Sequence record: KY608966
DNA from: Escherichia phage CF2
Strand: one strand, 5' to 3'
DNA length: 53,242 bases
The notes beneath the pieces are model-generated. The model had not been told where the DNA came from, made no database searches, and saw nothing but the letters and a program-made list of their open reading frames with translations. Every line of letters begins with the position of its first letter. Positions within the stretch are counted from its first letter, which is position 1. Shown piece after piece: positions 25,266-34,607 of the stretch. The translations under genes were made by a program, and so were the position numbers.

Positions 25266-26158
25266 GTGACATCTTTGCTGGAATTACTGATGCTGCCAAC
25301 GACTTGTACCAAGATGCCCGTGACAGACTCATGGGCGACGGTACAACCACCTTACGCTTCCGCAACTGCGGAGGCATTAAGATGGATGCTGTCACTAACG
25401 AAGAACATCAGTCTGACCTTGACATCGCTGACAACGAACTTGAGTCCGGGGCTAAGGCTTCGGACCATGCCGCTGTACAACCGAAAGTTATTACAGTCAC
25501 TGGCGTGGTAGTTGGTTATATCGACGAGTCAATTCAAGAGTCAACAATTAAGGATGTAACCGGTCTACGGTCTATGGATTTCTTGGATGATATTCAGCTT
25601 CCACAGGTAGTGTCTACTGTCCTCGAAGGAACAAGGGACTTTGCTGTTAACAAGCTAGTCTCATTCATAGACTGGGGCGGTTTAGACGCCACCATTTCAC
25701 GCTCTTTAGTTCCATGGCTTCCTGACTTTAGTATAGCTGAACAACTTAAGTCTTCGGACAACATGAGGATTGAACAGGTATACCGTACACTGCTGGATTT
25801 ACAGAAAAACGTTATTTACTGTGACGTTGATACTGGTATCTTCAAGTATACGAATATGCTTTTGAAGTCTGTTCGTGTTGTGCAGGAGAAAGATGGTTCA
25901 GCTACGTTTACCCTTACGTTCCGTGAAGTCATTGAAGTACCGATTGTAGTTACAAACGCTGTAGCCGCTAAGTCGACAGGTCGCCCTGCTAATAACGGCA
26001 CTAAGAAAAGCGGACGTGCACAAGGTCAGGGTGATGCCACCAGTAAGAAGGACATAAACACAACTACACCGATTAGCGAGAAACGTGTAAACGATAACCG
26101 CGGTTTTGGTGTAACGCTCGGTGACATGTTTGGTTTTAACTTACGAGGCATATTCTGA
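25262..26158 (+). CDS. Tail/baseplate protein (298 aa)
   Basis: ORF track; start overlaps tape-measure stop. Confidence 0.5.
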   Translation: MSDIFAGITDAANDLYQDARDRLMGDGTTTLRFRNCGGIKMDAVTNEEHQSDLDIADNELESGAKASDHAAVQPKVITVTGVVVGYIDESIQESTIKDVTGLRSMDFLDDIQLPQVVSTVLEGTRDFAVNKLVSFIDWGGLDATISRSLVPWLPDFSIAEQLKSSDNMRIEQVYRTLLDLQKNVIYCDVDTGIFKYTNMLLKSVRVVQEKDGSATFTLTFREVIEVPIVVTNAVAAKSTGRPANNGTKKSGRAQGQGDATSKKDINTTTPISEKRVNDNRGFGVTLGDMFGFNLRGIF

Positions 26159-26550
26159 TGATATTTACCACAACTGCTTTCCTTGACATTATAGGTAATG
26201 ATGGTTCTGGTATTTACGACTTGGAACCTACCTCCGAAGGTAAGCAATCAATATCAATTTCTATCGCTGGATATACGTATAACATTGAGTTGTACTATAA
26301 CACGGTAGGTCAGCTCTGGCAGGCTACAGTGACTGACATATCAAGTAATGCTGTACTTTGTTCCAGTTATGCTTTACAATATGGGCGTATTGCTTTTGGT
26401 AACTGGGACACGCGTATAGCGTTGCTGGTAAGTGACAAATCCTCCAGCCGCATCGGTCCTATGACTACAGATGACATGGGAGGACGTTGCAGTGTCTACA
26501 TCGTCGACAAAACAGCCTACCCGTCAGTTTGGCCGCGCGTTAAAGCTTGA
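26158..26550 (+). CDS. Tail/baseplate protein (130 aa)
   Basis: ORF track; ATGA overlap with upstream stop. Confidence 0.45.
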   Translation: MIFTTTAFLDIIGNDGSGIYDLEPTSEGKQSISISIAGYTYNIELYYNTVGQLWQATVTDISSNAVLCSSYALQYGRIAFGNWDTRIALLVSDKSSSRIGPMTTDDMGGRCSVYIVDKTAYPSVWPRVKA

Positions 26551-27451
26551 GGTCAGCAACGGTAAAGATGAAGGCATAATCATCTCAAATCTTCGTGTTA
26601 CCTTTGACATTCAAAAGGGTAACACGAAGCATCCAAATAAAGCGACAATCACAGTGTTCAACTTGACTGAATCCAACCGTTATAAGTTGGCGTCAGGTAC
26701 CTGGGATTACGTCCGCCTCTCTGTGGGTTACGGTCTTGACAACATAGTTTATCGCTTGATATTCGAAGGCGATATTACTCGCGCTAATGACCAACGAAAC
26801 GGCCTTGATATTCAGACTGTTCTCGAATGTGGCGATGCCCGTAAGTCTTACAACGATGGCTTTGTTAATACGACGCTGGCCGCTGGCTCTACGTATGACA
26901 GTGTTGTTGACGTTTGCCTGGCTAGTATACCAAACGTTGAAGAAGGGTACGTCTGCCTTGACAGCAACAAACCAGCTTTCCTGAGAGCACGTACTCTGTT
27001 CGGACAAACGCACAGCATACTCGACCAGGTTGCTGCTGCCAACAAGGCTACCTGGTCTATACAAGACAATAAACTCAATATCATTCCTAACGACTCTGTT
27101 ACTGACTACGACGTTGTTGTGCTGTCAGAATCGTCTGGTATGATTGGTGCTCCTCGCGGCACAGACAAAGGTCTTGAGGTTACTTGCAACCTGAATCCTT
27201 CTCTGGCCATCGGTGGTCTTGTACAAGTAAATTCTATGTTTACACAGTACAACGGACAGTATAAAATCGACACTATAAGATTTCGGGGTGACAATAAACC
27301 GAAAGGACCGTGGCGTGCTGACTTGACGGTTCTCGGTGGACAGTTTGCTAAGAAAGTTCGTCGACTCAAGAAGCCACGCAAACTGTCGAAGATTGAGTAC
27401 GACTATGTTACTGAACCCGGTGTTGACCATACAGTAGGCGGAGGTAGCTGA
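26471..27451 (+). CDS. Putative baseplate hub protein (start uncertain, ATG 26471 or GTG 26492)
   Basis: 326 aa, precedes the spike-like gene. Confidence 0.45.
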   Translation: MTWEDVAVSTSSTKQPTRQFGRALKLEVSNGKDEGIIISNLRVTFDIQKGNTKHPNKATITVFNLTESNRYKLASGTWDYVRLSVGYGLDNIVYRLIFEGDITRANDQRNGLDIQTVLECGDARKSYNDGFVNTTLAAGSTYDSVVDVCLASIPNVEEGYVCLDSNKPAFLRARTLFGQTHSILDQVAAANKATWSIQDNKLNIIPNDSVTDYDVVVLSESSGMIGAPRGTDKGLEVTCNLNPSLAIGGLVQVNSMFTQYNGQYKIDTIRFRGDNKPKGPWRADLTVLGGQFAKKVRRLKKPRKLSKIEYDYVTEPGVDHTVGGGS

Positions 27452-28098
27452 TGTCAGCTATTGACTATAATACAGCAACACTTGATGAGGCAATTGAGGC
27501 TGCACTGTTTGCTGCAATGATTGGTAAGCGCCACTGTTTACCTGGCCGCATAGTATCGTTTAACAGCAACCTACAGACTGTTGTTGTTGAACCTATGGTC
27601 AGTGCTGAAAACGAAGATGGTTCAATGAGACCGCTACCACCAGCAGCTGATGTTCCTTTGTTCCAGCTAGGCGGTGGTGATTTTGTTATAACGCTTGAAC
27701 CAAAGAAAGGCGACCCGTGCTTACTTCTTGTTGCTGACAGATGTATTGACGTATGGTATGAGCTGGCTGAAAACGCTATACCAGGTGACTTCCGACAGAA
27801 CGACCTGTCAGACTGCTTCTGTCTTGTGGGCTTCAGACCTAAGCCTCTGAAGATAACAAACTGGATGGAAGGTGTAACTATCCGTAAGGTTGACGGAAGT
27901 CACTATATCAATATTAATAATGCTGGCAAGGTATCGATAAAGGCTACAGCAGTGGACTTGCTTGATACACCAACACTTAATGCACCAAACACAGAAGCCA
28001 AGTTTAAAGAAGTTGACATTGGCGGCGTTAAGATGTCCAAACACAGACACCAAGAAAACGGTGACGGTGGCGGTATTACTAATGGCCCGCAAAACTAG
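27451..28098 (+). CDS. Putative baseplate spike protein (gpV-like)
   Basis: 215 aa; LPGRIVSF...LGGGDFVITLEPKKGD resembles gpV-type spikes. Confidence 0.5.
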   Translation: MSAIDYNTATLDEAIEAALFAAMIGKRHCLPGRIVSFNSNLQTVVVEPMVSAENEDGSMRPLPPAADVPLFQLGGGDFVITLEPKKGDPCLLLVADRCIDVWYELAENAIPGDFRQNDLSDCFCLVGFRPKPLKITNWMEGVTIRKVDGSHYININNAGKVSIKATAVDLLDTPTLNAPNTEAKFKEVDIGGVKMSKHRHQENGDGGGITNGPQN

Positions 28099-28108
28099 GT
28101 AACCCACA

Positions 28109-28480
28109 ATGCGAACTAGACGACTCGATTCAAACTGGGACTGGAATTTTGGGCGTGGCAGACTTGACTACGCCGATACGTCTGAGTCCATTGAACAACG
28201 CATCGTGCAGATACTCCGCTGTTATACTATGGACTGGGTACATGACCTGGACTATGGCATTGACTGGTTCGGACTAATGGAGAAGCCTGTTCGATGGGCT
28301 GACCTGGAGGCTGCAATCAAGACAGCAATACTTGCGGAGTATGGAGTTAGTTCTATCGAGAGCTTTACCCTAAGCTTCGACCCTGACTCACGTCACGCTG
28401 TTTATTCGGTTGAGGTTAATGATATTTACCACAACACAACCTCTATTAACAGAAGTATTAATTTAACCGGAGAAAACTGA
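28109..28480 (+). CDS. Putative baseplate wedge protein (gpW/gp25-like)
   Basis: 123 aa, between spike-like and J-like genes. Confidence 0.4.
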   Translation: MRTRRLDSNWDWNFGRGRLDYADTSESIEQRIVQILRCYTMDWVHDLDYGIDWFGLMEKPVRWADLEAAIKTAILAEYGVSSIESFTLSFDPDSRHAVYSVEVNDIYHNTTSINRSINLTGEN

Positions 28481-29652
28481 TGGGCTCTGTAACTAGCACA
28501 GGCTATGTTCCCGTCAAGCTCGACGACTGGATCAGCAGATTCGAAACGCTTTTCCGTCGGGTGTATGGCGCGGATATTGATTTGTCAGCTAAGTCTGCTG
28601 ACGGACAAATGGTTGGTATTCTGGCGCAGATGTTTGCAGACCAGGACGAGCAAGTTGCAATTCTGTTTTCTATGCTTGACCCTAACCAGGCATCTGGTGT
28701 ATACGTAGACCAGTTCCTTGCCTACGTAGCGCTTCAGCGTAAAGGCGAGATGTCAACGCTGTTGACCAGGGTTAAGATTGAAGGTGACCGTAACACTATT
28801 ATACGTACTCCTTACTATGTAACTGACAGCTCGAATAACGTGTACCAGCTTAACTCCACTGTTGCGCTGGATGATAACGGTGTAGTCGAAACAAGCTTCA
28901 GTTCTGTTAAGACTGGCCGCTTTGTCGTACTTGCAAACGATGAGCTTAAACCACAGACCATCGTTTCTGGTGTGCGTAAAGTTACCAACATGCAAGTGTC
29001 GTCTGGCGGTGCGTCCACTGAGCTTGACTCTGAGGCTATAGACCGTGCGTATAACTCTTACGGCAAACCTGGCACGAACAGCTTAGACGGTATTGTTGCT
29101 GAGATTCGTCAGATGACTGATGTTATCGCTTGTAACGGTTACGAGAACGAAGAAGATACTCGGGACCCGTTAACTGGCTTACCTCCTCACAGTATGCAGA
29201 TTGTTGTGGATGGTGGTTCGCCTGCTGCTATTGCTGACTGTATCTTCCGTCGTAAGACTAATGGCTGTAAGCAGATTGGCACTGTGTCTTATCAGATTAC
29301 GGATAAGTCAGGTACACAGCGCACAATGAAATGGAGTCAGCCTACTTATGTTGAGGCTTATGCTTCACTTGTTGTAGCCCGTAAGGAACTGTTTACCGAC
29401 GTTTCCGAGGAACTTATTAAGAATGCTATTCTGTCCAAGGTATACAATATCGGTGAAGAGGTATCAACCTATGAACTTGGCCAGCTGATTCAAGAAGCGA
29501 ATGGCGTAAGCCCCAACTTCTACATCAAAACTTTCTTTGTGGGTAAATCAGCTAATCCGTCGACAGATACGATTCTGCGTATCACTGCTCTTGAGCGTGC
29601 AATATTCACTGCAGACCGTATCACTATTGCAGTGGTGAATGCTGATGGCTGA
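28480..29652 (+). CDS. Putative baseplate J-like protein
   Basis: 390 aa; position. Confidence 0.5.
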   Translation: MGSVTSTGYVPVKLDDWISRFETLFRRVYGADIDLSAKSADGQMVGILAQMFADQDEQVAILFSMLDPNQASGVYVDQFLAYVALQRKGEMSTLLTRVKIEGDRNTIIRTPYYVTDSSNNVYQLNSTVALDDNGVVETSFSSVKTGRFVVLANDELKPQTIVSGVRKVTNMQVSSGGASTELDSEAIDRAYNSYGKPGTNSLDGIVAEIRQMTDVIACNGYENEEDTRDPLTGLPPHSMQIVVDGGSPAAIADCIFRRKTNGCKQIGTVSYQITDKSGTQRTMKWSQPTYVEAYASLVVARKELFTDVSEELIKNAILSKVYNIGEEVSTYELGQLIQEANGVSPNFYIKTFFVGKSANPSTDTILRITALERAIFTADRITIAVVNADG

Positions 29653-30298
29653 ATATCATAAACTACTTATTCAACAGTACGCTGATAAGCCAAAAGCTGT
29701 TGCAACTATTAAGGGCTTCGATGATGCAATTCAGGGTATCTGGGACGGCGCCCAACAAGTTGTTGATAGCCTTAATATCGATAAAGCTTTCGGTAAAGGT
29801 CTTGATAATGTTGCAGCCCGCGTCGGCGCATCTCGTGTTCTCAAGAAAGGCGTAGACCGTAAGTTCTTCGGCTTTACCAACAAAGTACCAGATGTGCTTG
29901 GCTTCGGTGGTTCGTCTGGTAATAAAGGTGGCCCGTTCTATCGCTACGGTGCATCAGTATGGGACCCGGTAATTCTTGACGACATTGACCTGCGTACTTA
30001 CATCAAGATGAAAATCTGGAAGAACATGCAAGACGGTACTATGCCGTATCTAATTGACTTCCTGATTGAATTCTTCGGAATGAATAACTTCGTTATAACT
30101 GACAACGAAGATATGACAATGACTCTGGAGATATACAGTACTCTGACACCACTTAAGCAAGTGCTGATTCAGAACTACGATATACTTCCGCGCCCCACAG
30201 GGGTAAAGATTGAACTTAACACGAGCGTTGACGTTACGGATAGTCTGTACCGTTACGCTACTGTAAACTTACCAGCACAGGTGAATGTATATGGCTGA
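29639..30298 (+). CDS. Putative baseplate / tail-fibre attachment protein
   Basis: 219 aa between J-like gene and tail fibre. Confidence 0.4.
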   Translation: MLMAEYHKLLIQQYADKPKAVATIKGFDDAIQGIWDGAQQVVDSLNIDKAFGKGLDNVAARVGASRVLKKGVDRKFFGFTNKVPDVLGFGGSSGNKGGPFYRYGASVWDPVILDDIDLRTYIKMKIWKNMQDGTMPYLIDFLIEFFGMNNFVITDNEDMTMTLEIYSTLTPLKQVLIQNYDILPRPTGVKIELNTSVDVTDSLYRYATVNLPAQVNVYG

Positions 30299-31625
30299 TG
30301 TACAAACAAGACCCGACAACGACATCTTCGCCAGCTCCGCGGGTACTGGTGAACTGCTGCCGTTCGGTGACCTTGCTCGTGGCTGGGGTGCAACCCTTGG
30401 CTACTCGGAAGGTATTCCTCCGATGGAGTGGTTTAACTTTATCGGTAACCGTACTGACAAAGGTATCCACTACATCCTTCAGCAGGGTGTTGATATATGG
30501 GTAGAAACTGAGACCTACCCGGTTGGTGCACTGGTTAAAGTTAACGCCGACAATATGCTGTACCGTTGTCTGGTGCAGAACATTAATATGCCACCGTCTG
30601 CTAACCCTACTCAGTGGCGCCCTGTTCTCGACCTGACTGCGGCAACTGCTGCAGCACGACAGGTTGGTAAAGCCTCTGGTAACGTAATCCAGGTCGGTGC
30701 ATTTGGGCTAGGTGGCAACGCTGAGGTAGTTACTAATGCTAACAGCATTGTAAACGACGGTATCTACCAGCTTCCAGCGTCAGGTACTGGCGGACCTACT
30801 AACGGCGTTGAGACTGAGATTCTGCATATCAACTGGGATGCGAAAAACGCTTCACAGTGGGGACGCACCAAGGGTAAGCGCGTAATAGCCATGCGCGAGA
30901 AGGTTAATAATACCTGGGGCGGATGGTCATACTCTTACGGGCCTGATAATAAACCTACGGCATCTGAGCTGGGCATTAACCAGGACTTCATCCCTATGGA
31001 TGGTTCTGACTCAATCCGCGGCAACTTAGGTACTGTAGGCTGGTTACATATTGCACGTACTACTTCCGACTTGCTACGTGCTGCTAACTCCGCCGGTGTA
31101 GGTACTGTTGAGTATTCTGGTAACATCGCAGGCGGTACTGCTGTTCAGGAGTTGCTGACTTCAGTTTCTGTAGCGGCTAACAGTAATGTTGTCACTGCTG
31201 CTCGCTGGGGATCTGTGCCTATGTCGCACATCCAGCACATCCTTGTGGCTGGCGGTGCTACACAGATTAACATGGCAGTATGTCGCCCTGGTGGTATTGC
31301 CGACCGCCGTACAGTAGCTTTGCAGGTGGATGGCCTTAACAGCCGAGTAACTACCACAAATAGCTTTATTTTATGTGAGAATGGTGTTAGAGTATATTCA
31401 CCTAACAACCCGCAGCCTATCGATACTTCAGCCGGTAACGTTCGGGGTATTCGACTTGGCGCTCGTATTGCTGCTGGTGTATCCGAGTCAACGTTCTACC
31501 CTGGGCATGTAATGACTGGCTGGCGCTTCGGCAATAAGAAAGAGCTGCGCGGTGGTACATACTGGTCAGCGCCGTTACAGTATTATATCAACGGCACTTG
31601 GATTAACGTAAGCAACGTATCGTAA
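30285..31625 (+). CDS. Tail fibre protein
   Basis: 446 aa, Gly/Thr/Ala-rich, followed by two assembly-chaperone-like genes. Confidence 0.55.
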   Translation: MYMADVQTRPDNDIFASSAGTGELLPFGDLARGWGATLGYSEGIPPMEWFNFIGNRTDKGIHYILQQGVDIWVETETYPVGALVKVNADNMLYRCLVQNINMPPSANPTQWRPVLDLTAATAAARQVGKASGNVIQVGAFGLGGNAEVVTNANSIVNDGIYQLPASGTGGPTNGVETEILHINWDAKNASQWGRTKGKRVIAMREKVNNTWGGWSYSYGPDNKPTASELGINQDFIPMDGSDSIRGNLGTVGWLHIARTTSDLLRAANSAGVGTVEYSGNIAGGTAVQELLTSVSVAANSNVVTAARWGSVPMSHIQHILVAGGATQINMAVCRPGGIADRRTVALQVDGLNSRVTTTNSFILCENGVRVYSPNNPQPIDTSAGNVRGIRLGARIAAGVSESTFYPGHVMTGWRFGNKKELRGGTYWSAPLQYYINGTWINVSNVS

Positions 31626-31634
31626 AGGTTTATT

Positions 31635-32177
31635 ATGACTAAGCATAAGGTGTTCCGTAACTTTACCATGTACCATCCTGAGGTAACAGAAGAGAACGAG
31701 AACATTGTAAATGCTGGTGCAATCTTCCTCAAGGACGAGGAAGGTCGCGACTGGTACAATCTCGCAAAAGAGTTCGCTATCAAATACGAAGGCGCAACGT
31801 TCTTGCAGGTAGATAAGAACGGAGTTGTAATTGCCGCACATACCGACCCGACTATGTTCCATCCTGTGGGCTGCGATATGGTAGTAACATACGACCCGCC
31901 TTTCAACATCTTCGAGACTGTTGGCGAATGGCTGTTCGACGGTAAAGAGTTTACGCTTAACGCACCAATGATGAAGGAGATTGCTCGTGAGCGTAAAGAA
32001 CAAGCTCTGTCCATCGCTTCGTCCAAAGTCAGTGTTTTACGCGACACAGTTGATAGTGGCAATGCTACCGATGAAGAAAAAGAGCTATTTGCTAAATGGC
32101 GTGATTACAGGATTGCTGTCAATCGTCTTGACATTAACCTTGGTTCCGCTATGGTTGTTCCACCTATGCCGGAGTAA
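31635..32177 (+). CDS. Putative tail fibre assembly protein, paralogue 1
   Basis: 180 aa; shares F.NFT.Y.P...DW..LAKE...DPT..FPV.CD with the next ORF. Confidence 0.5.
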   Translation: MTKHKVFRNFTMYHPEVTEENENIVNAGAIFLKDEEGRDWYNLAKEFAIKYEGATFLQVDKNGVVIAAHTDPTMFHPVGCDMVVTYDPPFNIFETVGEWLFDGKEFTLNAPMMKEIARERKEQALSIASSKVSVLRDTVDSGNATDEEKELFAKWRDYRIAVNRLDINLGSAMVVPPMPE

Positions 32178-32180
32178 ACC

Positions 32181-32684
32181 ATGCAACTGTCATTTTTCAA
32201 CTTTACAGAATACAACCCACAAAGGACGGCGGAGACACTTCCGCTGATTAAGCAAGGCGTTGTATTCATCAAGGATAACAACGGTAATGACTGGCGCAAG
32301 CTGGCTAAAGAGCTGGCTAAGAATAAAGAGCTGGTTCATTACATTGTTGTGGACAAGTACAATGCTGTTGCCGCGTATGCTAACGATCCTACGCTACTGT
32401 TTCCTGTTAATTGCGATTTGCATATTGTTGAGTCTGTCCCTGTTGCTAAGTTTGCGGATTGCTATTACGAATGGTCGTACGTTAATGGCAAGTTTGTTAA
32501 GCACTCTGAACTGCAGAAGGTGATTGCAGAAGAACGCCTGCAGGAAGAACAGGCTTGGGTTGAAGGACAACTCGACACTGAAGAAGATGAGGAACGTATT
32601 ATCGCTCTCCATAAATTCCGTGCCGATTTGTTGCTGCTTGTTATGTCAGATGCGCCGCATATCGACTGGCCTGTACGACCGTAA
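32181..32684 (+). CDS. Putative tail fibre assembly protein, paralogue 2
   Basis: 167 aa; paralogue of 31635-32177. Confidence 0.5.
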   Translation: MQLSFFNFTEYNPQRTAETLPLIKQGVVFIKDNNGNDWRKLAKELAKNKELVHYIVVDKYNAVAAYANDPTLLFPVNCDLHIVESVPVAKFADCYYEWSYVNGKFVKHSELQKVIAEERLQEEQAWVEGQLDTEEDEERIIALHKFRADLLLLVMSDAPHIDWPVRP

Positions 32685-32723
32685 CTAATTGCTACCAGCA
32701 AGCTTGTGCAGTTGCTGGTAGTG

Positions 32724-32752
32724 TTTCTTTTACGCTTGAGTCGTGCTATAAT
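32724..32752 (+). promoter_or_regulatory. Candidate promoter (TTTCTT-N17-TATAAT) for the lysis cassette
   Basis: Consensus -10 at 32747-32752; weak -35. Confidence 0.35.
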
Positions 32753-32786
32753 CCACTCTGGGTATACAATAAACCGGAGATATGGG

Positions 32787-33047
32787 ATGTTTGACTACAA
32801 CGACAAGTCTTCCCTTATTGGCCAGTTTGTGGCTTGGGTAACAATAACAGTAAGTACTTTATCACTAAGTGATTGGGGTACTCTTATCGGTATACTCAGT
32901 TCCTTGGTGATGCTGATTGTTGTTACGTATAACCAAACACGGCGAACCAAAATTATGTCGGATTATTACAATCGTAAGAAGCCGATAGAGGATGAAGTCG
33001 CATCTAAAGAAGAGGTGTTGCGTGAGTCTGAAATCAGCAGCGACTAA
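32787..33047 (+). CDS. Holin (two-TM, pinholin-like)
   Basis: ATG at 32787 with SD GGAGA; two hydrophobic helices then charged C-terminus; immediately upstream of endolysin. Confidence 0.6.
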   Translation: MFDYNDKSSLIGQFVAWVTITVSTLSLSDWGTLIGILSSLVMLIVVTYNQTRRTKIMSDYYNRKKPIEDEVASKEEVLRESEISSD

Positions 33048-33060
33048 AGGAGGTTGCAGC

Positions 33061-33567
33061 GTGCTCGCTATCATCGGGCTTGTTCTGTCGATGACAAGTA
33101 CGCATGTACGTACTAATAAAGAAGGCCTTGAAATAATCGGTAATGCAGAAGGTTGTATGCGCAACCCGTATGTATGCCCTACTGGCTATTTAACAGTTGG
33201 CATTGGTAGCCGCATCTACAGCGATGAGCCCGCTGTACGGCGCGAAGGCTTGACAGACCAGGAGATTGCTGACCGCTGGGTCAAGAATATTCAAGAGGCC
33301 GAAAAATGTGTTAATGACTGGTTCCACGGTAAAGATATGAACACGAACCAGTTCAGTGCCATGACCTCTATGGTATTTAACCATGGTTGCACTAGACTCC
33401 GTAAGAACAAGGATGGTTCACCTACCAAAATATATACTGCTGCTCGTAAACAAAACTGGACTGAAATGTGTAACCGCATAACGGACTGGGATATGGGTGG
33501 TAAGTACAGGGGCTTGACAATACGTAAGCAAAAGGAAAAAGCGCTATGTCTAAAACCGGTGCAATAA
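33061..33567 (+). CDS. SAR endolysin (lysozyme-like muramidase)
   Basis: GTG at 33061 after SD AGGAGG; N-terminal weakly hydrophobic LAIIGLVLSMTS; lysozyme-like EGLEIIGNAEG...YLTVGIG. Confidence 0.65.
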   Translation: MLAIIGLVLSMTSTHVRTNKEGLEIIGNAEGCMRNPYVCPTGYLTVGIGSRIYSDEPAVRREGLTDQEIADRWVKNIQEAEKCVNDWFHGKDMNTNQFSAMTSMVFNHGCTRLRKNKDGSPTKIYTAARKQNWTEMCNRITDWDMGGKYRGLTIRKQKEKALCLKPVQ

Positions 33568-33875
33568 TTGCAGTTATTCTCGGCCTCGCCATTGTGTTCC
33601 TGTCTTTGTGGGTACGTGAGCTGAAAGGCGATATTACCGACCGCGACGGTATAATCAAACAGCTTAACAAGACTAATGGCGAGTTGTCTGCTGCTAATCA
33701 AACGCTGATTAATTCTGTAAAGGATGAACGTGAGGCCTCAGCCAAACGCGCCAGTAAGATAGCTGAACTTGAACAACAACTGCGTGATAAGAAGGGTAAA
33801 TATGACGAAGCGACAAAATATGATTCGTGCGCTAATACCGTTGCTCCTTCTGCCGTTCTTGAACTCATGCGCTGA
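33546..33875 (+). CDS. i-spanin (Rz-like)
   Basis: N-terminal TM helix then coiled-coil periplasmic domain. Confidence 0.6.
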   Translation: MSKTGAIIAVILGLAIVFLSLWVRELKGDITDRDGIIKQLNKTNGELSAANQTLINSVKDEREASAKRASKIAELEQQLRDKKGKYDEATKYDSCANTVAPSAVLELMR

Positions 33876-34077
33876 TAAGCCTGAAGTTGTTTATGTTGAC
33901 AGGGTAGTCAAGGTTTATCCGCCTGGTGCGTACCTGGTTAAATGCCATAAGCCTGAATTAACAGGTAACACCTGGAAGGCAATAGGTCAGTTAGCTATTG
34001 AACGTGGAACAGCTCTTGATGATTGTGCAGACAAGATGGACAGCATAATTAACTGGAGTAACAAAGGGGCCGAGTGA
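33802..34077 (+). CDS. o-spanin (Rz1-like lipoprotein), partly embedded in the i-spanin gene
   Basis: Signal peptide with lipobox-like LPFLNSC; start inside the Rz-like gene in another frame. Confidence 0.55.
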   Translation: MTKRQNMIRALIPLLLLPFLNSCADKPEVVYVDRVVKVYPPGAYLVKCHKPELTGNTWKAIGQLAIERGTALDDCADKMDSIINWSNKGAE

Positions 34078-34094
34078 TGGCCCCTTTATTTATT
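34064..34094. terminator. Bidirectional rho-independent terminator at the strand switch
   Basis: GGGGCC/GGCCCC hairpin flanked by a T-run on each strand. Confidence 0.6.
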
Positions 34095-34317
34095 AGCGTT
34101 TTCCTTTCAGCTCGTTATACTGCGCACATGCAGCACACAGCACTGTACCGGGTAAAAGCTGACGTCGTTTTTCTTCAATGTCTTCCCCACACTGGTAGCA
34201 CGTCAGCGGGCTTACTCCGGTGTATCTTACTCTGTTCGATAGTGCTGCGTCCCGGGCAACTTGTTCAGCTTCAGAAGCCATATCAGTAATGTCCGATGTG
34301 CGCATAGTCTCAATCAT
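34093..34317 (-). CDS. TraR/DksA-family C4 zinc-finger protein
   Basis: 74 aa; CYQC...(17)...CAAC spacing typical of TraR/DksA C-terminal zinc fingers. Confidence 0.6.
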   Translation of the reverse strand: MIETMRTSDITDMASEAEQVARDAALSNRVRYTGVSPLTCYQCGEDIEEKRRQLLPGTVLCAACAQYNELKGKR

Positions 34318-34592
34318 TATTTTCCCTCTTCTTCACAATACAGGGTTTCTAATTCATCGCATAGCTGTTGCGTCCAGTAATCATCCTCGCCACGTATCTG
34401 GAAGCACAGCACAGGAATATCCTGTCGTAAAATATCGCTCTTGTAAATCTTTTTGGCAACAGCTTCTGGTTCTTCCTGGAATATCTTCATAAACCAGTCC
34501 AGTCCTGACGTACAGCCTGAGGCGTCTAGTATCTCCTTCGCCCTTAACTTAAGCGTTTCATCTGCCTCATACTCTAAACCTATCTTAGACAT
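34317..34592 (-). CDS. Hypothetical protein (91 aa)
   Basis: ORF track; SD AAAGG upstream. Confidence 0.55.
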   Translation of the reverse strand: MSKIGLEYEADETLKLRAKEILDASGCTSGLDWFMKIFQEEPEAVAKKIYKSDILRQDIPVLCFQIRGEDDYWTQQLCDELETLYCEEEGK

Positions 34593-34607
34593 ATTATAGA
34601 CCTTTAA

